From: Acholeplasmatales bacterium
GTDB taxonomy: Bacteria; Bacillota_I; Bacilli_A; ML615J-28; CAG-313
Direction of reading: 5' to 3'
DNA length: 64,000 bases
Assembly: GCA_003539625.1 (NCBI GenBank)
Contig: DPOU01000003.1
Location: forward strand, 21,590 to 85,589
Each line of letters begins with the position of its first letter. Position 1 is the stretch's first letter. The position numbers and the translations under genes were made by a program. The notes beneath the pieces are model-generated. The model was not told the DNA's origin and did no database searches. It was given only the letters and a program-made list of their open reading frames with translations. This document shows, in pieces, positions 8,716 through 18,990 of this stretch.

Positions 8716-9771
8716 TTAGATTACTGTTCTTTGTACATAATTACCGCGAATTGTTTTAACCTTAGTAATTACCACGAATGCTTTTGGATCAATACGATTA
8801 ATAATATTTATATACTCAGGAATCTCAAAATTCATCGCATATACTTCTATTACTTTTTTATTTCTATTACTGAAACCACCAACTGCATCATATATTGTCA
8901 TACTATGATAGAAAGTTTTCAATAGTTCTTCTTTTATTTCAAGGGCTTTTTCAGTAATTATTTCGATTCTTAATGTTTGGTAAGTTTGATATAAGGCTTG
9001 AAGTACTTTCATATAAATTATTAAGCGGACAATTGTATATAAAACACTTTCTATACTTATTAAACTAGATGAGATAATTATTACAAAATCCATTGCAAAT
9101 TGAAATTTTGTAAATGGTTTTCTTTTCTTCATTACCAAATAGTTTGAAATTATATCAAGACCACCAGTTGATCCACCGCCCATTAAACAAAGTGCAGAAC
9201 CAACTCCAGTTACTAACCCACCAATAATTGCAAGCATAAGTCTTACACCGGCAGTTATTTCTTGTTTGAATTCTAACTGTAGTGCTGTTGTTTCAGTATT
9301 TTTAATAATGTTAAATGTATTATCTGTAAAAATATCAATAAGTCCTTTTGATACAGTTCCATCAGTACTACTTGTTGAATGTAAGAAATAAATAAATGGA
9401 CTAACTGTAAAGTGCGTCAAAATCGTTATCAATAATGTTTGTAAAACAATTGATATTACTGTCAACACCGCAAAATGTTTACTAACTCCACGCCATCCAA
9501 CAACAAGTAATGGAACATTTAGTAGTCCGATTAAAAGACCTAAGTATTCTTCTACCGCAACGCTACCGCCAAATTTTTTTATTAATCCGACAATTAATTG
9601 CGAAATACCTGTTACTCCGCCAGACACAAATCCACCAAGTTGTAAAAGCCACACTACACCTAAAGCATAAACGATACTACCAACTGAAACAGATATTACA
9701 GCCTTTCTCATTTGGCGATCAATTTTTTTCTTTTTCTGGACATTGTCATAAGCAATTTCATCTTCTGTCAT
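8716..9771 (-). CDS. YitT-family membrane protein (DUF2179 C-terminal domain)
   Basis: A multi-TM N-terminal part with GGSTGG, plus a soluble C-terminal domain. It is a paralogue of 43721..44719. Confidence 0.7.
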   Translation of the reverse strand: MTEDEIAYDNVQKKKKIDRQMRKAVISVSVGSIVYALGVVWLLQLGGFVSGGVTGISQLIVGLIKKFGGSVAVEEYLGLLIGLLNVPLLVVGWRGVSKHFAVLTVISIVLQTLLITILTHFTVSPFIYFLHSTSSTDGTVSKGLIDIFTDNTFNIIKNTETTALQLEFKQEITAGVRLMLAIIGGLVTGVGSALCLMGGGSTGGLDIISNYLVMKKRKPFTKFQFAMDFVIIISSSLISIESVLYTIVRLIIYMKVLQALYQTYQTLRIEIITEKALEIKEELLKTFYHSMTIYDAVGGFSNRNKKVIEVYAMNFEIPEYINIINRIDPKAFVVITKVKTIRGNYVQRTVI

Positions 9772-9837
9772 TATTCTACCTCTTTTATAACTATTATTAT
9801 ATTTAATTACAACATTTATGTATTATTGGTATTTTTT

Positions 9838-11781
9838 CTATCGAACTATTGAACCACTTGGTAAACCGTTCACTTCTATTAGTTCTAATTTATCATCATT
9901 AGAAGCACAAAGCACCATACCATTAGATTCAATACCTCTAATTTTAGCAGGTTTTAAATTTGTAACAACTATTACTTTTTTGCCTATTATGTCTTCTGGC
10001 TTATAATATTTCGCAATACCAGAAACTATTTGACGTGTTTCATTGCCGATTTCTATTTGTGATACTAGTAATTTTTCCGCATCAGGATGTTTCTTTGAAC
10101 TAATAATTTTGCCAACTTTAAGTGTTACTTTGGCAAAATCATCAATACTTATCTCAGAAATTTTTTCCTCTTCCTTTACTTCTTTTACACTCTCTTTTTT
10201 AGTTTGTTCTGCTTTATTTTTAAAATATTCTAATTCTTTTTCAACATCTAAACGTTGGAATAACGCTGGTATTTTACTTACTTTTCCTGTTACAGTTCCA
10301 ACATTATAATTTAGATTTGATAAATTAAAGCCATCATTTGCAAGTCCAATTGCCTCTAATATTTTAGGTGCAGTTTCAACAAGATATGGAGAAACAAGAT
10401 GAGCAATTACTCTAAGCGATTCTATTAAATTAGCCATTGTAGCTTCAAGTTCGGATTTCTTGCTTTCATCTTTAGCAAGTACCCAAGGTGCAGTTTCATC
10501 GATATATTTGTTAACTCTTCTTACTAAAGACCATGTTTCATTAATAGCATCTTGTAACTCAAATTTTTCAAAGTTTTCTTTAGTATTTGCGATAGCATTT
10601 GTTGCAACATTTTTCAAGTCATCATCAAATAAGGTTTTTGAAGTTAACATATGAGGAACATTACCTTCAAAATATTTTTCTACCATTGAAACTGTTCTAC
10701 TAACAAGATTACCTAAATCATTGGCAAGTTCATTATTGTATCTTTCAATAAAACGTTCATAACTGAATAAACCATCATTACCTAATGGTAATTCTTTTGC
10801 TAAATAATATCTAACACTATCTACACCATATTTATTAATTAAATCCATTGGATATACAGCATTACCCCTAGATTTTGACATCTTACCTTCTTTTGTAAGA
10901 ATCCAACCATGAACATATAATTTAAACTTGATTGGAATGTTAAGTGCCATCAACATTATTGGCCAATATATTGCGTGGAATCTTAAAATGTCTTTACCTA
11001 CAACATGTAAAACGCGATCATTATTTAGCCAGAATTCTTCATAATTATGATTATCTTTTTGATCATATCCTAATGCAGTTAAATAGTTAAATAAGGCATC
11101 AATCCAAACATAAATTACATGTTTAGGATTTGAATCAACCTTAATTCCCCAATTAAAAGATGTTCTACTAACACACAGATCTTCTAGTCCTGATTCAATA
11201 AATGAAATTACTTCATTTCTTCTTGTTACAGGATTGATGAAATCAGGATTATTTTTTATAAATTCAAGTAATGGCTTTTCATATTTCTTTAATCGCAAAA
11301 AATAACTTTCTTCAGATATTATTTTAGTTGGCTTGCCACAGTCAGGACAAGTACCACCCTCACCTAGTTGTTTTTCAGTAAAGAATGTTTCACATGAAAC
11401 ACAATAGTTACCACTATAAGATCCTAAATATATATCATCATTTTTTAACATTCTTTCAAATATATCGCTTACTACTTTTTCGTGATTTTTGTCAGTAGTT
11501 CTAACAAAATAGTCATAATCAATATGCATTGTTTTCCAAAGTGCTTTAGTTTCTTCCGCAACATTATCAACAAATTTTTGAGGTTCAATATTAGCTTTTT
11601 TAGCGGCCTCTTCAATTTTTTGACCATGTTCATCCATACCAGTTAAAAAGAAAGTTTTTCTTCCCATTTGTCGATTATATCTAGCGTATGTATCACATGC
11701 TACAGTAGTGTAGCTATTCCCTATTTGTATTTTTCCACTAGCATAATAAATTGGTGTACTAACATAACATTTTTCACACAT
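9838..11781 (-). CDS. metG: methionine--tRNA ligase with C-terminal tRNA-binding domain
   Basis: KMSKS, zinc knuckles CVSCETF...CPDCG, and a C-terminal Trbp111/EMAP-like domain (LKVGKIISSKKHPDAEKLLVSQIEIG). Confidence 0.95.
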   Translation of the reverse strand: MCEKCYVSTPIYYASGKIQIGNSYTTVACDTYARYNRQMGRKTFFLTGMDEHGQKIEEAAKKANIEPQKFVDNVAEETKALWKTMHIDYDYFVRTTDKNHEKVVSDIFERMLKNDDIYLGSYSGNYCVSCETFFTEKQLGEGGTCPDCGKPTKIISEESYFLRLKKYEKPLLEFIKNNPDFINPVTRRNEVISFIESGLEDLCVSRTSFNWGIKVDSNPKHVIYVWIDALFNYLTALGYDQKDNHNYEEFWLNNDRVLHVVGKDILRFHAIYWPIMLMALNIPIKFKLYVHGWILTKEGKMSKSRGNAVYPMDLINKYGVDSVRYYLAKELPLGNDGLFSYERFIERYNNELANDLGNLVSRTVSMVEKYFEGNVPHMLTSKTLFDDDLKNVATNAIANTKENFEKFELQDAINETWSLVRRVNKYIDETAPWVLAKDESKKSELEATMANLIESLRVIAHLVSPYLVETAPKILEAIGLANDGFNLSNLNYNVGTVTGKVSKIPALFQRLDVEKELEYFKNKAEQTKKESVKEVKEEEKISEISIDDFAKVTLKVGKIISSKKHPDAEKLLVSQIEIGNETRQIVSGIAKYYKPEDIIGKKVIVVTNLKPAKIRGIESNGMVLCASNDDKLELIEVNGLPSGSIVR

Positions 11782-11869
11782 ATTTTTAATACCTCCAAGT
11801 AAGCCTATTGTTTAGATATTATATCATATCTATATTTTTTTTGAAAGAAAAAAGGCTTTATTAATGCTT

Positions 11870-13840
11870 TTATTTTGCTTTTGTTTTCTTTTTATTATAC
11901 ATGATTATTTTAATTACAATAATTATCGCAACAAAAACAATTAAAGCAACAACCATAATAACAACTTCAAGGTAATTATTTAAATAACATCGTGGATCAT
12001 TGCCACAACCAATTAAATTATCTTCTATTATTTCAAAGGTTATCTCTACTTGACTTACATTATTGCTGGTATCTTTGGCAATTATTTTAAACTTATGAAG
12101 ACCTTTTTCTAAATTGACCAATTGAGACTCTTCATAAACTAAATCATCTAACCATACTTCAAATTCAACATTGTCAAAATTATCACTTATATGATAATTT
12201 ATTTTTTTTATATTAGTGTATTTTTGACTTTCATTAATATTTTCTACTTCTATAATAGGTTGGGTAGTATCTATTAGCTTTATACTTTGATAATAATAAC
12301 CACTAGTATTACCAGCTAAGTCAATTGCTTGATATCTTATTTTTCCTAAGTAACCTCTTTGTACCATATTATTAAAAGTATCATAGTCAACTTCTTCTTC
12401 ACATATATAATAGTTTTTATTTAAATTGCACTGATAAATAAAATTATCTACTACTTTTAAACTTTTTTCAATAACTGAATAGTTGTAATCAGCATCTAAT
12501 ATTTCTAGATCAACAACTTCAATATTTGGTGCTATGGTATCTACTGGAATAATTAGGCAATTAAACCTTTCAGTACTATTCCCACTTTCATCAATTGCCA
12601 TATATTCAAATTTAATTTTTTCACCCTTTGATAATCGCTTTTTTAAACTACTTTCATCATTTAATTCTGTATCAAAAAATTTTAAAATTACTCTTGGATT
12701 ATTATCATATTGATCAGTAATTTGAAAATACTTTTCTAAATCTATTGTTTCTATATCAATATCATTTATTCTTATTTCATCTAATTTTGTTATTTTAGGT
12801 GGTTTAGTATCTTTTACTCTTATCAAAATATTAGGGGTTATTGCAACATTTCCACTGGTATCTTCACACTTTACTATAAGATATCCTTGATAGTGATTGC
12901 TCAAATAATTAGTAAATAATTCTAAGTTATTAATTTCTACTCCCTCGTAACTAAAATATTGAAATTGAATTTTTAAATATTCATCATAATTATCATTACA
13001 TTCTATATAATGCAATAAGTCTATTTCTAATAGTTCATCATCATTTATTTCTATTATGTTAGGATATGTTATGGTGGGTTTGGTTGTGTCAACTACTTCC
13101 ACTGGTTTAGAAAGAATAATATAATCCGCTGTTAATTTGTCATATACTCCTACATGTATAGTTTTTAGGCCTATCAAATCCGTATTTATTTGTTTTTCTA
13201 ATAGAAATTCATATTGATTACTTTCTCTATTAGCAATCACAATATCTTCTTTAAAATTTGGGACATAGCTAAATACTTCTACTATGTATTTTTCTTTATC
13301 CCAAGTTATTTGTATTTTTTGATTATAAGATATTTTATAATTAATTATTTTATCATTTGTATTAAACAAATATACACTAAGCCCCATTTCTTCATAATTG
13401 TCAAGAGTAAAATATTCTTTTATGTCATTAATAGGACGCTTGGTTTTAAGTCTGAAATGACAAACATTATTTTTATAATTCGAATAATATCCACTATCTA
13501 TTACACTATCTTTAATTAATCTTAGTCTTAAATAACTATTATCAATATAATCATTAATTATATCAGTCTTAAATATGCTGGCACTATCAAAATAAAAAGG
13601 TTTATTATCTTCTAATATTGGCTCAAAATATTCATTCTTTATTTTTATTTGTAGTTTGATTTCATTTAAATCAATAAATTGATCTAAATTAATGGTAATA
13701 TCTACTATTTCATCATTTTTGAATGACAATTTGTTAAATACGACATATAAGTTCGCTAAAGAATTCGCTTTTATTTTCAAGCTAGATAGCATAATAGTAA
13801 TTAATAAAATTGATATTATAAAATATATTTTCTTTTTCAT
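11870..13840 (-). CDS. surface protein: signal peptide, cohesin-like N-domain, four Ig-like repeats, C-terminal TM anchor
   Basis: ATG at 13840 is preceded by GGAGG (the track start is a TTG inside the SD). There is a signal peptide KKKIYFIISILLITIMLSSLKIKA. Four modules of about 90-100 aa each open with D-T-x-x-P (DTTKPTI, DTKPPKI, DTIAPNI, DTTQPII) and carry D-x-S/A-G/N-N (EDTSGN, IDESGN, IDLAGN, KDTSNN). A C-terminal hydrophobic helix is followed by KKKTKAK. Confidence 0.7.
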   Translation of the reverse strand: MKKKIYFIISILLITIMLSSLKIKANSLANLYVVFNKLSFKNDEIVDITINLDQFIDLNEIKLQIKIKNEYFEPILEDNKPFYFDSASIFKTDIINDYIDNSYLRLRLIKDSVIDSGYYSNYKNNVCHFRLKTKRPINDIKEYFTLDNYEEMGLSVYLFNTNDKIINYKISYNQKIQITWDKEKYIVEVFSYVPNFKEDIVIANRESNQYEFLLEKQINTDLIGLKTIHVGVYDKLTADYIILSKPVEVVDTTKPTITYPNIIEINDDELLEIDLLHYIECNDNYDEYLKIQFQYFSYEGVEINNLELFTNYLSNHYQGYLIVKCEDTSGNVAITPNILIRVKDTKPPKITKLDEIRINDIDIETIDLEKYFQITDQYDNNPRVILKFFDTELNDESSLKKRLSKGEKIKFEYMAIDESGNSTERFNCLIIPVDTIAPNIEVVDLEILDADYNYSVIEKSLKVVDNFIYQCNLNKNYYICEEEVDYDTFNNMVQRGYLGKIRYQAIDLAGNTSGYYYQSIKLIDTTQPIIEVENINESQKYTNIKKINYHISDNFDNVEFEVWLDDLVYEESQLVNLEKGLHKFKIIAKDTSNNVSQVEITFEIIEDNLIGCGNDPRCYLNNYLEVVIMVVALIVFVAIIIVIKIIMYNKKKTKAK

Positions 13841-13919
13841 TTTGATATCCTCCAAATGTTATTTTATTATACCAGTTTCAATATTACTTTTTTGGCATAT
13901 TATGGTGGATATCATCAAA

Positions 13920-13958
13920 AGAAAAAAATGTAGGTACTGATTATACAAGTACCTACAT
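13920..13958 (-). terminator. rho-independent terminator after pfkA
   Basis: Minus strand has an 11-bp stem, ATGTAGGTACT-tgtataatc-AGTACCTACAT, followed by TTTTTTTC. Confidence 0.8.
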
Positions 13959-13974
13959 ATTTAATTTATACGTT

Positions 13975-14955
13975 TTATGAAACGCGTTTTGTCATTTCTT
14001 TATAGCCTTTAAACATTTGTTTTTTCATTGTTAGAGCTTCTTCAATTGGTGTAGCAACAACTTTATTTTTGAAGATACCCATACATACACCGCCATTGCC
14101 TTTTATTAATTCATCAACAGCAGCTATACCAAGTCTTGTTGCAAGCACACGGTCAAAAGGAGAAGGACTTCCACCTCTTTGAATGTGACCAAGAATAGTT
14201 GCACGTGCATCAAAACCAGTATATTCTTTTATCTTTTTAGCAAGTTCCATAACATCAGTAACATGTTCAGTAATTACAATTAAAACATGACGGCTCTTAT
14301 GACCTTGACATCTTTTTACAGTATCAATTACTTCATTTAAGTCAAATCCAGTTTCAGATGTAATAACCAAATCGGCACCAGTCGCAAGCGCTGCAGCATA
14401 AGCGATGTCACCACAATAACGGCCCATTACTTCAACGATTGAACAACGTTGATGAGAGTTTGATGTATCTCTTAATTTATCAATTGCATCTACTGCTGTG
14501 TTAACTGCAGTATCAAAACCAATTGTAAATTCAGTTGAAGCGATATCATTGTCGATTGTTCCAGGCACACCTACACAATTAATTCCCATTTGAGTTAATT
14601 TTAGCGCACCACGATAAGTTCCATCACCACCAATAGTGATTACAGCCTCAATACCACGGTTATGTAATTGTTCTACAGCAATTTGGGCAACTTCATCTTT
14701 GCTAAATTCAGGAAGACGTGCAGAACCTAAAATAGTACCACCACGATTAATAATATTTGTTACAGCATTACGATCCATTTCGTATACGCGTCCTTCTACT
14801 AAGCCACGGTAGCCATCTTCGATTCCATATACACTTAGGCCACTATCAAATCCAGCTCTTACAATAGAACGTATTGTTGCATTCATACCAGGTGCATCAC
14901 CACCAGAAGTCAACACAGCTATTTTGTGAATTGATTTAACTGTTTCTTTTTCCAT
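13975..14955 (-). CDS. pfkA: ATP-dependent 6-phosphofructokinase
   Basis: SGGDAPGMNA, TIGGDGTY and PGTIDNDI motifs. Confidence 0.95.
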   Translation of the reverse strand: MEKETVKSIHKIAVLTSGGDAPGMNATIRSIVRAGFDSGLSVYGIEDGYRGLVEGRVYEMDRNAVTNIINRGGTILGSARLPEFSKDEVAQIAVEQLHNRGIEAVITIGGDGTYRGALKLTQMGINCVGVPGTIDNDIASTEFTIGFDTAVNTAVDAIDKLRDTSNSHQRCSIVEVMGRYCGDIAYAAALATGADLVITSETGFDLNEVIDTVKRCQGHKSRHVLIVITEHVTDVMELAKKIKEYTGFDARATILGHIQRGGSPSPFDRVLATRLGIAAVDELIKGNGGVCMGIFKNKVVATPIEEALTMKKQMFKGYKEMTKRVS

Positions 14956-15044
14956 ATTATTACCTCCATACTCAAGATGTATTTCTAAAAAACATTCCGT
15001 CTTATTATACTACAATTTTTTATAGTTAGACAAATATTTGCAAT

Positions 15045-17471
15045 TTATTTTACTTGTTTTAAATGCCAAATATTATCACAATATTCTTTTATACTACGGT
15101 CGGCAGCAAATCTACCAGCTTGACTAATATTAACTAGTGACATTTGATTGAATGATTTAGTATCTTTATACTTTTCATCCATTATATGATAAACATCAAG
15201 ATAGTTTTCAAAATCAGCTAAGCACATATATCGATCAGCTATGCCATTTGTTGTAAGCAAATAGTTAGCTATATTTTCAAAGTTCTTTCCAGCAAAACCT
15301 CTTTTAAGCGTAGCTATAATTGAGCGTAATTCTTTACTATTGTTGTAATAGTAAGTTGAGTTGTATCCTTGTTTCCACAATTCATCAACTTCCTTTGCGC
15401 TCATACCAAAGATAAAGATATTATCTTCGCCAACGGCATCACATATTTCAACGTTAGCACCATCCATAGTACCAAAAGTTATGGCGCCATTTATCATAAA
15501 CTTCATATTACCAGTACCACTAGCTTCATAACCAGCTAAAGAAATTTGTTCACTAATTTCTGATGCGGGCATCAAGTATTCCGCAAGTGTTACACAGTAA
15601 TCTTCCATAAATACTACATTTAATTTTTCTTTCATTTTAGGATTAGCATTAATATCCATTGAAATGTAGTTAATTAATTCAATAATCTCTTTTGCAAGAT
15701 AGTAACCAGGAGCAGCTTTGGCACCAAAAATAAAGGTTTGTGGAGTAATATCTAAATCTGGATTTTCTTTTAATAGATTATACAAATGGACAATTTTTAA
15801 TACATTCAATAATTGACGTTTATATTCGTGTAGTCTTTTTACTTGAACATCAAATCTTGTTTTAGGGTCTAAAACAATACCTTGTTTTTTATATAACATA
15901 TTTGCAAAATCGCATTTATTTAAATATTTTATTCTTCCAAGTTCGTCTATAACTTTATCATCTTCATAGTATTTCATGAATTTTGTTAATTCATTAGCAT
16001 TTTTATACCAACCATCACCAATGCAATCATTTAACAATCCTGATAAACGAGGATTAGATTGATGCAACCATCTACGATGAGCTATACCATTTGTAACATT
16101 AGTAAATTTTTCAGGTGTTAATTGATAATAGTCTTTAAACAAAGTATTCTTTATTATATCGCTATGTAAAGCAGATACTCCATTTACAGAATGACTACCA
16201 ATTACGCTTAAATTAGCCATTTTTATATGATTAGATGATATTACTGCCATTCTGTTAATTTTATCCCAATCACCAGGATATAGGTTCCACAAATCTGCAG
16301 TATAACGGCGATTAATTTCTTTGATGATTGAATAAATTCTAGGCACAGTTCTAGCTACCAAATCTTCTGACCATGATTCAAGAGCTTCTACCATTATAGT
16401 ATGATTAGTGTAAGCCACTGTTTGAGTTACAACATTCCACGCTTCATCCCAACCAAAGCCATAATCATCCATTAATATACGCATAATTTCTGGTATACAA
16501 ATAGCCGGATGGGTATCATTTATGTGAATTGCCGCATGTTCAGGTAATGTATGCAAATCGCCATAACGTTTAATATGGTCGTATATAATGTTTTGAATTG
16601 AAGCACTTACAAGAAAGTATTGTTGTTTCAATCGTAAAGTTTTACCTTCTTGATGATCATCAGATGGGTAAAGAACTTTAGATATCAATTCAGCTTCTTG
16701 GTTTTCAAAAACCGCTTTTTGATAATCACCTTGTGAAAAAGACTTCATATCAAATTTGCTGGCATTACGTGCACGCCACAATCTAAGGGTAGATATAGCT
16801 TCGCTTTTACCACCTGATATAAGCATATCATAAGGAACCGCTTCTACAAGTTTTGAATCATGATATTCAACTTTCATTTTTCCATTTTCTTGATATTCCG
16901 ATACCCAACCGCCAAATCTTACTTTCAATATACGATCGCTTCGTGGTACAAGCCACACTTCACCACCTGGTAGCCAAACATCGGGCATTTCTGTTTGCCA
17001 ACCATTTACAATTTTTTGTTTGAATAGACCATATTCATAACGAATTGAAAAACCAGTTGCGGGATAATCTAGCGAAGCTAACGAATCCATAAAGCATGCA
17101 GCTAGTCTACCTAAACCACCATTACCAAGTCCAGCATCATTTTCTTGATCATATAATTCATTTAAATCATAGCCATAAGAATCTAATGCTTTTCGATAAT
17201 TTTCAACAATACCTAAGTTGTATAAATTAGTTTTTAGGCTCCTACCAACTAAAAATTCCATACATAAGTAATATACTTGTTTTGCTTTTTGGGCTTTTAC
17301 TTTTCGCTTAAATAAATTCTTTTTTTCTAAAAGGATGTCTAAAACTGACATACTAACAGCTTTATACATTTGATCAATACTAGCATCTGCTGGTGTTACA
17401 CCAAAATAACTTGCTAGTTTTTCTTCAATATGTGCTTTAGTGTTGTCTAGTTCTACTTGTTGCATAGTCAT
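15045..17471 (-). CDS. glgP: glycogen phosphorylase
   Basis: The size is 808 aa. The PLP-lysine region is EASGTGNMKFMINGA. Confidence 0.95.
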   Translation of the reverse strand: MTMQQVELDNTKAHIEEKLASYFGVTPADASIDQMYKAVSMSVLDILLEKKNLFKRKVKAQKAKQVYYLCMEFLVGRSLKTNLYNLGIVENYRKALDSYGYDLNELYDQENDAGLGNGGLGRLAACFMDSLASLDYPATGFSIRYEYGLFKQKIVNGWQTEMPDVWLPGGEVWLVPRSDRILKVRFGGWVSEYQENGKMKVEYHDSKLVEAVPYDMLISGGKSEAISTLRLWRARNASKFDMKSFSQGDYQKAVFENQEAELISKVLYPSDDHQEGKTLRLKQQYFLVSASIQNIIYDHIKRYGDLHTLPEHAAIHINDTHPAICIPEIMRILMDDYGFGWDEAWNVVTQTVAYTNHTIMVEALESWSEDLVARTVPRIYSIIKEINRRYTADLWNLYPGDWDKINRMAVISSNHIKMANLSVIGSHSVNGVSALHSDIIKNTLFKDYYQLTPEKFTNVTNGIAHRRWLHQSNPRLSGLLNDCIGDGWYKNANELTKFMKYYEDDKVIDELGRIKYLNKCDFANMLYKKQGIVLDPKTRFDVQVKRLHEYKRQLLNVLKIVHLYNLLKENPDLDITPQTFIFGAKAAPGYYLAKEIIELINYISMDINANPKMKEKLNVVFMEDYCVTLAEYLMPASEISEQISLAGYEASGTGNMKFMINGAITFGTMDGANVEICDAVGEDNIFIFGMSAKEVDELWKQGYNSTYYYNNSKELRSIIATLKRGFAGKNFENIANYLLTTNGIADRYMCLADFENYLDVYHIMDEKYKDTKSFNQMSLVNISQAGRFAADRSIKEYCDNIWHLKQVK

Positions 17472-17481
17472 AAAATTTCAC

Positions 17482-18942
17482 CTAATTTTCTAAAATTTTT
17501 TCATACATTTTAACGTATTGTTTTGCAGAAGTACTCCATCCAAAATCTTTATTCATTACAATGCCAATATGCTTTTGCCATAATTCAGCATTATTATAAT
17601 CCTTTAGTGCTCTTTTAATAGTATTTAACATATCTTGAGCATTCATTCCTTTAAATGTGTAGCCATTTCCATCGGCAAATTCAAAGTCACGAATACTATC
17701 TTTTAATCCACCAGTTTCACGAACAACTGGAATTGCACCATAACGTGATGCTATCATTTGTGATAATCCACAAGGTTCAGACTTAGAAGGCATTAAGAAG
17801 ATATCTGCAGATGCATAAATCTTTCTAGATAAATCTTGATTAAAAGCAATTATTACGCGAAGTTTATTACTATAGCGATACTCTAAATCCTTAAAATATC
17901 CTTCGTAATATGGATCGCCAGTTCCAAGTACAACTACTTGAACTCTTTCTAGTAAAAGTTCTTCAAATACTTCTTTTACTAAATCTAACCCTTTATGTGA
18001 TACCAATCTAGATACCATACCTATCATCGGAATAGTAGGATCAACTGGCAAATCTAACATTGCTTGTAATTCTTCTTTATTTTTTACTTTTAAGTGAAAA
18101 TCTTTTCTATCATAGTTTTCAAATAAAGCTTTATCCTTGGCAGGATTATAGAAGACTTTATCAATACCATTTAAAATACCAATAAGTTTACCTTCTTCTT
18201 TTATACGCTTAACTTCATGTTCAAGTCCATGTGCAAATTCTGGATTAGTAATTTCTTGGGCATAACTAGGGCTAACTGTTGAAACAAAATTAGATGATTC
18301 CATAGCACCTTTCATTATGTTTGCTTTACCATGATATTCTAATAAATAGCTGTCATTCATTGAAATACCGAAGACATCTTCAATAATATCTTGATCTAAA
18401 GAATATACTCCTTGATATTCAATATTATGTATTGTAAAAATTGTTTTAACTTTAGCAAAACGAGGATCATTGTAATACAATGTTCTAAGATAAATTGATA
18501 CCATTCCCGTTTGCCAATCATGGGCATGAATAATATCAGGTATTTCATTTAGATATATCATAACTTCTATTGCGGCCTTACTGAAAAACGCAAAACGTTC
18601 AGCATCGTCAAAATAGCCATAAAAGTTATCACGTTTGAAATAGTATTCATTATCAACAAAGTAATATGTAACATCTTTGTCTTCATATTTGTATATCCCA
18701 CAATATTGTTTACGCCATGCAAGTGTTGTAGTAGTTTGTCCTACGTAAACCAATTTATTTCGATAAGCTTGGTTAATTTTTGAATATAGCGGTAAAATAA
18801 CACTTACACTAAATTTATCTTTTGCATTTTTAACTATTTTTTTAGGCAATGATCCAATTACATCACCTAAACCACCTGAAGCAAAAAAAGGTTGAGCTTC
18901 AGATGCAACAAAGAAAATTTTTTTCATTTTTAATTCACCCAT
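17482..18942 (-). CDS. glgA: glycogen synthase
   Basis: ASGGLGDVIGSLP N-terminal motif and a GT5 architecture. AGGAGG lies 8 nt upstream of ATG 18942. Confidence 0.93.
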   Translation of the reverse strand: MGELKMKKIFFVASEAQPFFASGGLGDVIGSLPKKIVKNAKDKFSVSVILPLYSKINQAYRNKLVYVGQTTTTLAWRKQYCGIYKYEDKDVTYYFVDNEYYFKRDNFYGYFDDAERFAFFSKAAIEVMIYLNEIPDIIHAHDWQTGMVSIYLRTLYYNDPRFAKVKTIFTIHNIEYQGVYSLDQDIIEDVFGISMNDSYLLEYHGKANIMKGAMESSNFVSTVSPSYAQEITNPEFAHGLEHEVKRIKEEGKLIGILNGIDKVFYNPAKDKALFENYDRKDFHLKVKNKEELQAMLDLPVDPTIPMIGMVSRLVSHKGLDLVKEVFEELLLERVQVVVLGTGDPYYEGYFKDLEYRYSNKLRVIIAFNQDLSRKIYASADIFLMPSKSEPCGLSQMIASRYGAIPVVRETGGLKDSIRDFEFADGNGYTFKGMNAQDMLNTIKRALKDYNNAELWQKHIGIVMNKDFGWSTSAKQYVKMYEKILEN

Positions 18943-18990
18943 GATTTTATCCTCCTATATTAATTATGATTAAATATATTATTTCCAATT

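Noticed and set aside
13214-13940. Plus-strand ORFs (101 aa and 82 aa) antisense to the large surface-protein gene
   Set aside because: They give Ile/Phe/Tyr/Asn-rich translations of extremely AT-rich coding DNA on the opposite strand, with no SD, so they are shadow frames.
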